A stretch of 50,959 nucleotides of DNA from a virus (Duplodnaviria > Caudoviricetes): positions 1 to 50,959 of IMG/VR virus record IMGVR_UViG_3300037484_000760; one strand, written 5' to 3'. Positions 19,962-30,202 of this stretch are shown piece by piece. Under the pieces are notes generated by a model. It worked only from the letters and a program-made list of their open reading frames with translations. It searched no databases and was not told the DNA's origin. Numbering within the stretch: position 1 is the first letter of the stretch; each line of letters opens with the position of its first letter. A program made the translations under genes and the position numbers.

Positions 19962-20531
19962 ATGGGATTCTTTGATTTTATGCAAAGTGGACAACCTCAA
20001 GGGCAGCAGGTAGGCCAGACGCCGTACCAAGGATATATGCAGCCGACAGTTTCGGGGGCGAACCCGCCGACAATTCCAGCCAGCGTTCAGCCCGGGGCTA
20101 CGCCTCAGGAGAACTCGGCTATAGCTGATGCGCTGATGAGTGGCGCGGCTGACCCTAATGCTGAGGGGAAGAAGAATGAGAACTCCCTTCAGACGAGGCT
20201 GGGTGGGATCAGTAATATCTCCTACATCTTGGCCTCCATCGGTTCGGCGCTTTCAGCTAGGGACCCGAACAGCTGGCAGCACCAACTGGGGAATATGGTC
20301 AAGAGTGGGAGCCAAACTCAGCAGCTTGCCAGGCAGCAGTTGGTAGCTGCGTTGAGCCAGAAGATGAAGCAAACTCCGGTGATTGGTCAGGAGTTTAGCA
20401 AGGCTTCTACGCTCGGCAGCGGGCTGGGGGACATGGGAAGTATGAAGCCTGAGTTCAGTCTTGACAAGTTCAAGCTGTCTCCTTCGTACACGGACTTATT
20501 GGGAGGAACTAACAATGCTAACCGCGCCTGA
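19962..20531 (+). CDS. Putative ejection protein
   Basis: Q/G/P-rich; AGGAGG RBS; position. Confidence 0.6.
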   Translation: MGFFDFMQSGQPQGQQVGQTPYQGYMQPTVSGANPPTIPASVQPGATPQENSAIADALMSGAADPNAEGKKNENSLQTRLGGISNISYILASIGSALSARDPNSWQHQLGNMVKSGSQTQQLARQQLVAALSQKMKQTPVIGQEFSKASTLGSGLGDMGSMKPEFSLDKFKLSPSYTDLLGGTNNANRA

Positions 20532-21744
20532 TTGGGGAAGTTTTACTGCATCTGATCTTGTTGACGCGCTGGACCCGAGACCCGCTATGCAGTTCCTTCG
20601 GGGGATTATAGCTGGGTCGCAGTACCAGCCTGAGCCCCTGACGGAGACGAAAAAGAAGCCAGCTGCCAAAGCTGCGCCGAAGCAGCAGACGGTAGGCGAT
20701 CAGTTGGCTGCGAATATAGCTCAGCCTTCAACAGCTATACCTATGTTCCCAGTTAATCCGACGCCAGCTCCGGTGCCTATGGCTGTGTCAATGCAACAGA
20801 GTGGTAGTGGTCCTGCTGGTGGGGGAGGCGGAACTAGGATGCCGGCTCCAGTTGACTTCGGCCAAACTCCTTCCTACAACCAGGACCAAGTCCCTCCTAT
20901 GCCTCAGCAAGGGGCTAACCCGAATCAGAATCTGGCTGAGTTCCTTGGCGGCTCAACTCCAACACAGAAGACTACGCCTCCGCAGATGCAGGGTTTCCAG
21001 ATGCCTATCTTCGACAGGATGAGCCTCTTCTCGCTGACACCTGAGATGTATAACAATGTGCTGGATACGACTAAGTCGAATATCGCCTTCAACAATAATA
21101 CCAGTCAGCAGAACTACTCTAATATGATCCAGCAGATGAAGGAGATGCAGGGGATGGATCAGGCTGAGCAGCAGCGCTTTACGCAAAATCTGCAGAATCG
21201 CAACTCGGTCATCCAAGGCAATGCGCAGCAGAAGCAGACGGCTTTCATGCAGTCGCCTCAGGAAGAAGCTGGGATGCGGATGAAGGGGGAAGAGCATATT
21301 ACTAAGTTGAGGTCAGCTCTTGACCACGCTAACCGTATGTCCGAGATGAACGCGCAGTATAATAAAGAACTTAAGTTGATAGGTGCGCGGCTCAAGAGTG
21401 AGGGAGTTGCTAAGACTGTTGAGACTGCGCGGAATGAAAGTATTAAGACTGACTGGGATTTGATTAAGACTGCGGTTACCTCCCTTCCTGCTTCAGCTGC
21501 CGGGGGAGCTAGTGACGCTATGGGCAGTAATGACATGGCAGGCTTGGCCGCCATACTCGGTGCTGGCGGAAGTGGTAACGTCGAGACAGACCGAAAGCTC
21601 CAAGCTGGACGGGAAGCTGCCCTTCGTCAGGGACTGATTCTCCAGACAGCGTACAACTATGGCCTCTTCACTCCTGGTGGGGCTGAGAAGAAGAGTGGGC
21701 GTACTATGGTGCGGAAGGATGGAAAATGGGTAGAGAAGAAATAA
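20515..21744 (+). CDS. Putative ejection protein
   Basis: Q/P/M-rich with coiled coil; ends in 'MVRKDGKWVEKK'. Confidence 0.6.
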   Translation: MLTAPDWGSFTASDLVDALDPRPAMQFLRGIIAGSQYQPEPLTETKKKPAAKAAPKQQTVGDQLAANIAQPSTAIPMFPVNPTPAPVPMAVSMQQSGSGPAGGGGGTRMPAPVDFGQTPSYNQDQVPPMPQQGANPNQNLAEFLGGSTPTQKTTPPQMQGFQMPIFDRMSLFSLTPEMYNNVLDTTKSNIAFNNNTSQQNYSNMIQQMKEMQGMDQAEQQRFTQNLQNRNSVIQGNAQQKQTAFMQSPQEEAGMRMKGEEHITKLRSALDHANRMSEMNAQYNKELKLIGARLKSEGVAKTVETARNESIKTDWDLIKTAVTSLPASAAGGASDAMGSNDMAGLAAILGAGGSGNVETDRKLQAGREAALRQGLILQTAYNYGLFTPGGAEKKSGRTMVRKDGKWVEKK

Positions 21745-21746
21745 TC

Positions 21747-21773
21747 CACTTCGGGTGGAAATTAACCTAAGAG
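21747..21773 (-). promoter_or_regulatory. 27-bp dispersed palindromic site #5
   Basis: CACTTCGGGTGGAAATTAACCTAAGAG. Confidence 0.85.
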
Positions 21774-21789
21774 AGCGTGAGGCCCGCTA

Positions 21790-24700
21790 ATGACAACGAA
21801 GTTTGAAATGCCCGATGGGACGACATATGAGGTGGAGGATAATGAAGTTGACGACAAACTCCTGGCAGAGATGCAGGACTTGCATGACAAGCACTCGGGA
21901 GAGGCCGGCTTTGGTACGAAGGTAGGTGGGTTCGTCAAGGGGCTGGCTAAGGGGGCTGTGCAGGGCATATCAGGGATTCCTAAAGCAGCTGCAATCTTCG
22001 GCGCTGCGGATGTGAACAAGGCGCGGGCTGACGTTGGCTTGCCGCCCAAGGCAGCAAAAGACTCCCCTATATATAAATTCGGAGAATGGCTGGACGAGAC
22101 AGTTGCCCCACGCATAGATGCCCGGGTCCGTGGCGATTTCATGACGCAGGTGGGAGCGGGCCTCGGACAGGTTGCTACCTCTATAGCTACTGGCGTCGTC
22201 GCTGGTGGGGCCACCAAAGTTGGTCAACTCGCAACTGCGGCCGTCCCAGCTATGGGCATGCAGATGAGTGAGGACTATGGGAGGGCCGTAGAGAAGGGCG
22301 CTACTGAGGAGGAGGCCGTCACCGCGGGTATGTGGGGAGCTGCTTGGGGCGCTACAGATGTGCTGCCCTTCGAGAGGGCGTTCTCCATCTTGCAGAAGGC
22401 CAGCCCTGGGTGGAAAGGCTTCGTCAAAGATGTAGGTGGACAGTTCTTCCTCGAGGGGGGTCAGGAGGGGATGCAGCAAGTTCTCTCTAATGCGACAGCT
22501 AAGCTGACTTATGACGAGCAGCAGTCGTTGATGGAAGATGTGTTGCCTAGTGCTAGCGTTGGCGGAGTTGTTGGTGCCCTCGCTGGGACCATCCTCAACG
22601 TGCTTGGCGCAAAGGGGAAGGTTAAAGTTGGGAAGGACAAGACTGGGAGTGGTACTCCGGGGAATGAGACTATTCCGTCGGCCAGTGCTGGTGATGAATC
22701 TGCTGCGGCTAAGATCATAGCTGATCTCAAGGCCCAGGGGATCGGTGCTACTGCCACAGAGAATACTACGGTTGTAGTTCCGGCGAGCAAGAAGTTGGAG
22801 CCCACCACTGTTGATTCTATCCAAGCAAATATGGATGGAACTTTTACTCCGAGCCAAGCGTTTGCGAAGAAGCTGCTGGAGGCTGGAGCGAGTGAGAGCG
22901 AAGTTCACGCTGTGTTGAGTTTGACCAATGCTCATGCAAGGTATCGAGGGGAGGACCTCGACACGTTTGTGGAGCAGAGAGTTGCCGATGTGCGAAAGGG
23001 TGGGAAGGGTGAGCTGAATCAGGCCCAAGTACTTGACCTGAAAAAGCGGCTATGGGATAAGCGGATTGAGAAAGAAGGTGGAATAGCCGCTGGAGAACAT
23101 TATTCTTATGATAGCCGCGGCAATCCAATAGACCAGTATGGTCGACAACTTGAAACAGTACAAGAGAATATTGCAAGAGTCGAGGAAGAGCAGAAAGGAT
23201 GGGAAAGGATTGGTAGTTCAATCGCTGTTGTTGATATAGAAGATATAATAACAGGCGATACTATAATACCTAAAGGCACTCGCATTACATACGAACATAT
23301 ACAGCAGATGGAAGAGATGGGATATGAGCCAAACTCCCCGTATATGAAAAGATCTTTTGCTCCTGCTGGACCGAGAAGTTTGAATCAGGCCGAAGTAATT
23401 GATATGGCTTCTCGTGGGGTACCTAACAGTATTATTAACGGCTTTAAATTAGCTAACCGGGAAAAAGGTAGGGTTAGTTACTTGGCTATGTCTCAGTCAA
23501 TTACGCCAGAAGAAATGCAATCTATTCCACCGGCTACCTGGAAGGCTATAGAGGAGACGACGGGCTTAAGTAAACGTATAGAAGAAGAACGACAAAGGAA
23601 AACAAAGAGCGGTGATACACCAACTATTACCGAACAGAAGGTTGATGTTATAAAAAGGAATGCTGTAGTAGACTACGTTGTACAAACCTTTGGGAGAGAC
23701 ACGCTGAATCAGGCTGAACAAGAAGCAGAAGTTACCACAACAAAGCTAACCCGTGGGGAGAATGCTTTCTTCAGTCAGATATTTAGTAATGAGGCAGACT
23801 TACAGGAATTAAAGGAGGCTGTTCCTAGTATTCAATTCGTTAACGGTGAGGTAAGCATTGATCCAAAGGACAATATAGCTCTAGCTAACTATGTAGATGA
23901 CGTTGTACGTTTGAATGAAGGAGATAGATTACCTCCAAGTTTTCACTCAGGCCTGTTCACTACCAAGCTTTTTCAGAACGTCAAGGGAGCTGTCTCATTC
24001 CTCGAAGACGGACGCGCCGTCATCAGCATCATGCAGAAGGCCGACGCATCTACCATTCTTCATGAGATGAGTCATATCTTCAGACGGTCCCTTCTCGACG
24101 AAGAGGCAGCAGCCGCCAACGAGTGGGTCGGCGCTGGCTCCAACGAATGGACAACTGAACAGGAGGAGTTGTGGGCCCGCTCATTCGAACGTTATCTGCG
24201 TCGCGGCAAAGCTCCCAACGCCTACCTCAAGGAAGTCTTCGAGAAGATGCGGACTTGGTTGAGGCGCATCTATAAGACCCTCAAAGGTAGCCCCATCGAC
24301 TACCCGCTTGATCCTAAGGTCGTGGCGCTATTCGACAAGATCTTGACGCCGGCAGAGCTGCCGAGCCAGAAGAAAGCTTTCGAAATGCCTTTCGCTGCGT
24401 GGCAGAAGGTTTATGGTGAAGACGAAGCGGCCATGTACGGGCTGACGGATAAGAGTGTGGCTGTTAGAGAGCCTTCTCGCTTCTCAACGCTGGTCAACGA
24501 CGTTAACAACAAAGCTGCCCGTGGTATAGTCCTCGGGAGGTATCTAACCAAGGCTGAGACTGAGGCACAACTTGCTATAGTCACAGCTCCGGAGTACCTC
24601 CAGCAGCCTCTCGCTGCTCAGGACCTCGACAGCTATATCATTAGAGTGCTGAACCTCTTCGCTGTACGGGCCAACGCTGCGTTTCATGAGAACTCCTCCA

Positions 24701-27700
24701 TCGCCCCTATCCTTGAGGACCTTCAGATTCAACGAGACAATGCAGAAAAGAAGAGCCTCTTCGACAACGATCTGGGTCATGCTTATATGGATGAAACAGG
24801 TGGGATGATCGTAACTAGGCGCACCGAGTTCGATGAGACAATCAAGTTCATCACGAAGCTGGACAACATCCAGAAGGTGAAGGAAAGCTGGGCGACTCCG
24901 GCAAGAGAGCAACTCCTCAAAGTTAAGAACGATCTCTTCAAGGGGCAGCAAGATGTGGTCATGGACAGGACGACGGGCAACATCTATGCGGTCGAACAGA
25001 AGAGTGTGTATCATGCTTCGTTGGTGGACGTAGACAGAGGCACAGTAAGACGTGTTCCCATATCTGATCTCTACGCCAAGTTCATCTGGCCTGAGATCAT
25101 CTCTCCCGACTCCGGCGCCACCCTAACCAAGGACGAGTGGATGCTGGAGCGCCATTACAAGGAGGTACGTGATGCTGTTGATCGAGGAGAGGTTGTACCT
25201 TCATTCGCTATCGAGCCGCATCTCACAAAGGACCCTACGTTGCAAGATAACTTTGACAGCGCTAGTGCTTTTGAAGATAATCAGGATGGAACGAGCGCTC
25301 AGTCGGATGCTATTATTCAGCTCTTCCAAGAGGCGCAAGATCCTTCTAACCTTCCCAATGATGATGAGAAAGTCGTTGCTGGCCCGACTCGTCGAGTTGA
25401 CCAAAGCCACTTAGATAAGATCGCAGTTATTGTGCAGGCTTCGTATAAGGAACTCTCTCGCCTCAGTAACGTGACAGACCATGAAGAGGGGCCACGTCTC
25501 CTTGATATGATTTCTAAGACGGAGCTGCAACGACTGGCACGTATCCAAGGGGCAGTAGGGGAGCGTCCCGCTGAAGAGTACTTAGCTGATCTCTACAAAG
25601 AGCTTGACGAATACAAAGCTGCCCTTCGTGATCGCTCCAATGAGCTGGATGCAGGAACAGTTGGGTTAATTTTTGACCGAAGCGGAACAATATATGAAGG
25701 GTTGAAGAAGTTTACTGATACGATTGAGAACATAGGGCAGTCTAGGCTGCTTGACGAGCACCCGACTATTAGCTGGACAAGGAACGCTAACCATTGGCTC
25801 CAGCGGAATATCCTACACAAGGAGCCCACCGTCGAAAGCTCTGTGACCTGGGCTTGGAATAGGGCCTTCTTCACCATGCAAGGCCTTTCCAACCGATACC
25901 CAGTTGCGAAGCCTCTCTTTAAGTTGGCTGTAGGGATGAGGAATAACTCTTCCAAGGTCCAGCATGATCTCATGCTTGGGAAGAGTGAGATTGAAACCAT
26001 CCAGATAGAGAAGGATGGAGGAGTTGTTGAGCTGAAGTTGAAGGCACCTGGGCTTAGAACTCTCCGCAGCTTGGGGACCAACAGCCCAGCGTATGACGCT
26101 CTTCGTTCGCTTATAGTTGTAGGTGACAAACTTCGTTCGCAGTTCAAAGTGGAAGAGATCATATCTGGGATGGACGCCAGAGTTGAGGCGCTCGTTAAGG
26201 GAGCGAATGAGGCAACTGATCCAGCCGAACAGGCTATGTTGGTCCAAGAGGCGACGGCATACGAAGCGCTTAATCAGATACTTAGTCGGAAGAGTATAGA
26301 GGATAGAAAGCTGGCGGCTAAGGCTTACTTTGAGATACAGGATACTTTGCAGTACTCCTACTTTAAGACTCGCCAGGTGATGGAGAATATTCTTGGGAAG
26401 CAAGCAGGGGAGAAGGTGATGAGCCATATTTATCCCCAAGGGTATATCCCCGGCTACTTCCCCCACATGCGCTTTGGGAAGTACGGCGTTGTAGTTAAGG
26501 ACGCCGAGAATAAGACGAAGTACTTTACAGCCTTCGAAGATTGGGTCAGCCAGAAGAATGCCCTAGCTGAGTTGAAGGCAAAGTATCCGAACGATCGAGT
26601 GGCGGTTGTCGATACTACGAATCGCCTTGATCTGAAGTTGGGCGGAGGCGAGGACATGATGACTGCGATTCAAGACGTTATTATGAAGACGCAGTTGAAT
26701 CAGACCATAGAGGATCCAGCCACGCTGGAGGCTGTGCAGAAGGCGCTAATTGAGACGACTACGGAAATGGTTAAGGCGCATGGGATATTCTCCATGTTCA
26801 AAGAGAGGCAGGATGTTCCTGGGTATGATGAGCGTATTACGAGAGTTATGTTCAACAGGGTTCAGGACTTCGCCTCGGCCATAGCAAAGATTGAGTTCGC
26901 TCAGAAGGGGGCGAAGGAACTGGCAACGCTACGCCATAATCCCAGGTTGTATAACTACTCCTCCGAGTGGTTCGGGGCTATGCTGGAAGGGGCCGACAGC
27001 TCTGACGCCATGATGAGTAAGATAAGAGCTGCTATATTCCTCAAGCATCTGGGCTTTAACATTAAGACAGCCTTCGTCGTCTTTATGGATAAGCTGACTA
27101 ATGCCCCTAGCGTGCTTGGGAAATACACTACACAGGCAGACAAGAAGATCATCGCCGGCCTGGGGGACACAATGAGGTTCATGTCCTGGCTGCATAAGGT
27201 TGAAAAGGTGATGAACAGCACTGGAGTTTCCCGTGACGTTGCAGTGAAGCAGCTGGGGCTGGCTGAAGGCTTTGATGAAGAGACTACGAACGCCCTTCTC
27301 TGGTCGATGGACTCTGGTGCGACGCTCGCCAAGTTCATGCCCGAAGTGATGAACAACGAGACTATGACGTGGGAAGCTGAGCGTGGCGGGGAGAGCGCGG
27401 TTGGTCGAGGTCTTTATGTAGCCGGCTTCGGGATGCGCAAAGTGTTCGATGCATCTGCATGGATGGTCAGTAAGATGGAAGAACTGAATAAGATGAGTAC
27501 TTTCTTGAGCGCTTACAGGGTGATGAGAAAGGAGAAAGAATACTCGTTTGACCGCTCAGTAGATGTGGCACAAGATATAGTTAACGATGCTCATGTGGTG
27601 TATGGAAGGAGTAATATTCCCCTGCCTTTCCTCAGGAAAGGGATATGGAAGTACTCTCGTATGGCTTACATCTTCCGCGCTTTCGAGCACAACTATCTCC

Positions 27701-28545
27701 AACTCCTATTCAATATGAGTACAGTTGAGGGCACTCGAGGAAAGATGATGGCGCTTCGTTCGCTGGCAACTCTGGCCGCTCTGGCCGGCGTTCCAGCTCT
27801 GCCCTTCTTCACTATGCTCTTCAAGCTATGGGGCGTGCTAACTGGGGATGACCCTGAGCAGTGGTTCCGGCGGACTTTCAACAGCATGACAGGAAATACG
27901 TGGACTTCGGCGCTTTTCAGTGACGGGCTTCCAGCTGTAGCGCACACTTCGATCAGGGGTTCGTTGCAGGTTGGAGCTTACTCGGACTGGATGGATATGG
28001 CTTTTGGGGTGGCTGGATCAACGATAAGGGATGTGGGCAAGATTGGAACCTCAGCTAAGTCAGGCGACTGGGATGGGTTTGTCAAGACGATCATGCCTTC
28101 GGTCTTTTCCAACCTTTATAAGGCCCATCAAGGGGCGACTACTGGGGTCATGAGTGGGAAGGGAACGCCACTGAGGGAGGACACGATAGGGGCGCAGATC
28201 AAGTACTCAGGCTATGACTCTTTGTTGAAGGTAACTGGCTTCAACGTCCAGAGAGAGCTAAACTCTTACCGAATGAAAGACGCTGCCCAGCGTGAGGACT
28301 CCTACTGGGCTGATCGCCGCAGCTCCATCTATGTGAAGTTTGCAAAAGGCGCTAGGTTAGAGGACAAAGCCTATATCCAAAGCGCCTTAGAGGATGCTAT
28401 TCAATATGAAAGGGATCGTCGAGGCAAGCGGGCTTTAGACATACCTCCAATATCGAGGGAGGGTCTGAAGAGGAGTCTGTCGGAATCTGGGTTGCAGCGG
28501 AAGCAGGTTCTGCAAGTATTAAGACTGTCAGGTCGGCTCCCATAA
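21790..28545 (+). CDS. Large internal virion / polyvalent protein (zincin-like HExxH domain, PLxRFG-like domain)
   Basis: 2251 aa; 'ADASTILHEMSHIF...EELWARSFERYL' metallopeptidase-like motif; 'YFPHMRFGKY' PLxRFG-like motif; hydrophobic C-terminal region. Confidence 0.8.
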   Translation: MTTKFEMPDGTTYEVEDNEVDDKLLAEMQDLHDKHSGEAGFGTKVGGFVKGLAKGAVQGISGIPKAAAIFGAADVNKARADVGLPPKAAKDSPIYKFGEWLDETVAPRIDARVRGDFMTQVGAGLGQVATSIATGVVAGGATKVGQLATAAVPAMGMQMSEDYGRAVEKGATEEEAVTAGMWGAAWGATDVLPFERAFSILQKASPGWKGFVKDVGGQFFLEGGQEGMQQVLSNATAKLTYDEQQSLMEDVLPSASVGGVVGALAGTILNVLGAKGKVKVGKDKTGSGTPGNETIPSASAGDESAAAKIIADLKAQGIGATATENTTVVVPASKKLEPTTVDSIQANMDGTFTPSQAFAKKLLEAGASESEVHAVLSLTNAHARYRGEDLDTFVEQRVADVRKGGKGELNQAQVLDLKKRLWDKRIEKEGGIAAGEHYSYDSRGNPIDQYGRQLETVQENIARVEEEQKGWERIGSSIAVVDIEDIITGDTIIPKGTRITYEHIQQMEEMGYEPNSPYMKRSFAPAGPRSLNQAEVIDMASRGVPNSIINGFKLANREKGRVSYLAMSQSITPEEMQSIPPATWKAIEETTGLSKRIEEERQRKTKSGDTPTITEQKVDVIKRNAVVDYVVQTFGRDTLNQAEQEAEVTTTKLTRGENAFFSQIFSNEADLQELKEAVPSIQFVNGEVSIDPKDNIALANYVDDVVRLNEGDRLPPSFHSGLFTTKLFQNVKGAVSFLEDGRAVISIMQKADASTILHEMSHIFRRSLLDEEAAAANEWVGAGSNEWTTEQEELWARSFERYLRRGKAPNAYLKEVFEKMRTWLRRIYKTLKGSPIDYPLDPKVVALFDKILTPAELPSQKKAFEMPFAAWQKVYGEDEAAMYGLTDKSVAVREPSRFSTLVNDVNNKAARGIVLGRYLTKAETEAQLAIVTAPEYLQQPLAAQDLDSYIIRVLNLFAVRANAAFHENSSIAPILEDLQIQRDNAEKKSLFDNDLGHAYMDETGGMIVTRRTEFDETIKFITKLDNIQKVKESWATPAREQLLKVKNDLFKGQQDVVMDRTTGNIYAVEQKSVYHASLVDVDRGTVRRVPISDLYAKFIWPEIISPDSGATLTKDEWMLERHYKEVRDAVDRGEVVPSFAIEPHLTKDPTLQDNFDSASAFEDNQDGTSAQSDAIIQLFQEAQDPSNLPNDDEKVVAGPTRRVDQSHLDKIAVIVQASYKELSRLSNVTDHEEGPRLLDMISKTELQRLARIQGAVGERPAEEYLADLYKELDEYKAALRDRSNELDAGTVGLIFDRSGTIYEGLKKFTDTIENIGQSRLLDEHPTISWTRNANHWLQRNILHKEPTVESSVTWAWNRAFFTMQGLSNRYPVAKPLFKLAVGMRNNSSKVQHDLMLGKSEIETIQIEKDGGVVELKLKAPGLRTLRSLGTNSPAYDALRSLIVVGDKLRSQFKVEEIISGMDARVEALVKGANEATDPAEQAMLVQEATAYEALNQILSRKSIEDRKLAAKAYFEIQDTLQYSYFKTRQVMENILGKQAGEKVMSHIYPQGYIPGYFPHMRFGKYGVVVKDAENKTKYFTAFEDWVSQKNALAELKAKYPNDRVAVVDTTNRLDLKLGGGEDMMTAIQDVIMKTQLNQTIEDPATLEAVQKALIETTTEMVKAHGIFSMFKERQDVPGYDERITRVMFNRVQDFASAIAKIEFAQKGAKELATLRHNPRLYNYSSEWFGAMLEGADSSDAMMSKIRAAIFLKHLGFNIKTAFVVFMDKLTNAPSVLGKYTTQADKKIIAGLGDTMRFMSWLHKVEKVMNSTGVSRDVAVKQLGLAEGFDEETTNALLWSMDSGATLAKFMPEVMNNETMTWEAERGGESAVGRGLYVAGFGMRKVFDASAWMVSKMEELNKMSTFLSAYRVMRKEKEYSFDRSVDVAQDIVNDAHVVYGRSNIPLPFLRKGIWKYSRMAYIFRAFEHNYLQLLFNMSTVEGTRGKMMALRSLATLAALAGVPALPFFTMLFKLWGVLTGDDPEQWFRRTFNSMTGNTWTSALFSDGLPAVAHTSIRGSLQVGAYSDWMDMAFGVAGSTIRDVGKIGTSAKSGDWDGFVKTIMPSVFSNLYKAHQGATTGVMSGKGTPLREDTIGAQIKYSGYDSLLKVTGFNVQRELNSYRMKDAAQREDSYWADRRSSIYVKFAKGARLEDKAYIQSALEDAIQYERDRRGKRALDIPPISREGLKRSLSESGLQRKQVLQVLRLSGRLP
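25658..25684 (+). promoter_or_regulatory. 27-bp dispersed palindromic site #6 (intragenic)
   Basis: CAGTTGGGTTAATTTTTGACCGAAGCG inside the giant gene. Confidence 0.7.
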
Positions 28546-28825
28546 CTATTGATTTGAAGAGTTCCTTCTCCATCTTACCAAGAATATTAAGGCCTTCGAG
28601 ACACCTATACACGCGAGTGAGGGAGTCAAGAAGGCCTTTCTCGTCTGTGTCCATCTTCTGCATCATGATGGCAGTTACGGTTGACCAACAGACAATGTCG
28701 GGAAGACTCCAGCAGTCAGCCAGTTCGATCTCTGTATAGAAGTCACAAGTAGTGGGGTGATCCTTCTTACAGAAAATCCCGTGGATTAGTTGAAGTAGCA
28801 TGCGTGATGATTCAGTTCGTTCCAC
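28397..28825 (-). CDS. Hypothetical protein overlapping the 3' end of the giant gene
   Basis: AAGGAG RBS upstream of GTG; last gene of the - strand arm. Confidence 0.55.
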   Translation of the reverse strand: MERTESSRMLLQLIHGIFCKKDHPTTCDFYTEIELADCWSLPDIVCWSTVTAIMMQKMDTDEKGLLDSLTRVYRCLEGLNILGKMEKELFKSIVMGADLTVLILAEPASAATQIPTDSSSDPPSILEVCLKPACLDDPFHIE

Positions 28826-28826
28826 G

Positions 28827-28967
28827 TTAAGACTCCTTTAATATGGAGAGGGTGTAAATAGTATTACAGTCTATACACTTAAGGTTTTTTTGGTCTACTG
28901 TTCTACTAAGATAAGTTAGAACAGTACCACATCTGAGGCAGTAAATAGTTTCAACTGGCTTCCACAT
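28827..28967 (-). CDS. 46-aa zinc-ribbon microprotein (not in the ORF track)
   Basis: MWKPVETIYCLRCG...KCIDCN; coupled to the upstream stop. Confidence 0.6.
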   Translation of the reverse strand: MWKPVETIYCLRCGTVLTYLSRTVDQKNLKCIDCNTIYTLSILKES

Positions 28968-30202
28968 TAGTTCCCCCTTAATGCGCTTTGGTCATATTTC
29001 ACCCCAAGTGATTTTTCATTCGAGCCTGGGACGTGTTCTATTGTTGGGCAAGTACCTCCGTCAAACCTTATCTTGACGAAGCCTGCGTCTTCGAGTGTTT
29101 TGAGAACGCCGTCTAGTTCTTCGGACGAAGTATCATGGAGATACATCTGGAGTAGGTCCTGCCTGGTGATGCTCTTCCTTTCGGAAATCATAAGCATGAT
29201 GCGATTGAGAAGTGGGGCTTGAGCGTTCTTGCCTACCCCACCGAAGGTGCTTAACATCGGGCCTTCGGTCTCCTCGAGGAGGTTGATAGCGCTGAGCAGG
29301 TCCACTTCTTCGATCACTCGACTCATGGTCTTGTCGCGGAACATAGCCATGATCATGCTGAGCTTGAAGAGGTGAGTTGGGCGGCGCTCAACGTAGGGGG
29401 CTAGGCGTGGGTCGGTGAAGGGTGGCTTCGAATCTGCCCGAATGTACCAGTCGGTCCAGCGCTCCATGAAGGCACTGGTCACGCGGAAGGCGCCAGAGAC
29501 CATACTCATTTGCTCTAGGTCTTGGACTAGATAAGTCCAGAGGCGCATCTGCTCTTGGGTCAGGAACGGTGCAGGGCATACCTTGTCCTTCTTATCCGCA
29601 TAGACGAAGATGATTCGACTTGTTAATCCCGATCCGATCGCGTCAAGAGGGAGCGCAGTCTGGATAAGATCAGGAGTTGTAGCACCGATAAGATTGACCC
29701 ACACGCCAACGATATCGTCAGTACCCATGTTCTTGGTCCGATAAGTCCACCGCTCCCGACAGTCGAACCAATCAGTGAGGTCAGACATAAGCTGGTGATT
29801 GTTATAGCCAAGGAAAACAGTGAGTTCAGGGCTATATATCGTAAGACTTGCGTGAAGACACATCTTTCCTGTTGTAAGGTCAACCTGTGAGTCACTGGAA
29901 TCTTTGAGTTCACGAATTAGCGCCTCCCGTGTTATAGATTCAGCTGCCATCTTTATGTTGAGATCAGAGAGGAGTCGGAAGCCGGGACCCATGGCAGTTC
30001 CTTTGCGACACCTGCCAGGAGGCCCGACTAGGACGATGTAGAAGTTTGGGTAGAACAGGAGCGAGCCCCAGCTGAGGAAGCACTTCCTGCGGAGGACTGC
30101 CGCAACGCAGGAAACAGCTATCCACTTGTGATAGATCTTCGGCGGCTCTGTGTTGTCGTTATACTCGAGGTATGCTTCGAGCCAGTTATCTAGCTTTCTC
30201 AA
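28967..30202 (-). CDS. DUF3987/YfjI-like P-loop ATPase (putative replicative helicase) with C-terminal winged helix
   Basis: 'PNFYIVLVGPPGRCRKGT', 'TREAL', 'LIGATTP' and 'GLTSRIIFV' motifs. Confidence 0.8.
   Translation of the reverse strand: MRKLDNWLEAYLEYNDNTEPPKIYHKWIAVSCVAAVLRRKCFLSWGSLLFYPNFYIVLVGPPGRCRKGTAMGPGFRLLSDLNIKMAAESITREALIRELKDSSDSQVDLTTGKMCLHASLTIYSPELTVFLGYNNHQLMSDLTDWFDCRERWTYRTKNMGTDDIVGVWVNLIGATTPDLIQTALPLDAIGSGLTSRIIFVYADKKDKVCPAPFLTQEQMRLWTYLVQDLEQMSMVSGAFRVTSAFMERWTDWYIRADSKPPFTDPRLAPYVERRPTHLFKLSMIMAMFRDKTMSRVIEEVDLLSAINLLEETEGPMLSTFGGVGKNAQAPLLNRIMLMISERKSITRQDLLQMYLHDTSSEELDGVLKTLEDAGFVKIRFDGGTCPTIEHVPGSNEKSLGVKYDQSALRGN
28984..29010 (+). promoter_or_regulatory. 27-bp dispersed palindromic site #7 (in a gene 3' end)
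   Basis: CGCTTTGGTCATATTTCACCCCAAGTG. Confidence 0.7.

Noticed and set aside
21970-23028. 352-aa - strand ORF and similar antisense ORFs within portal, capsid, polymerase and MTase genes
   Set aside because: These are shadow frames of well-supported genes, with no RBS or motifs.
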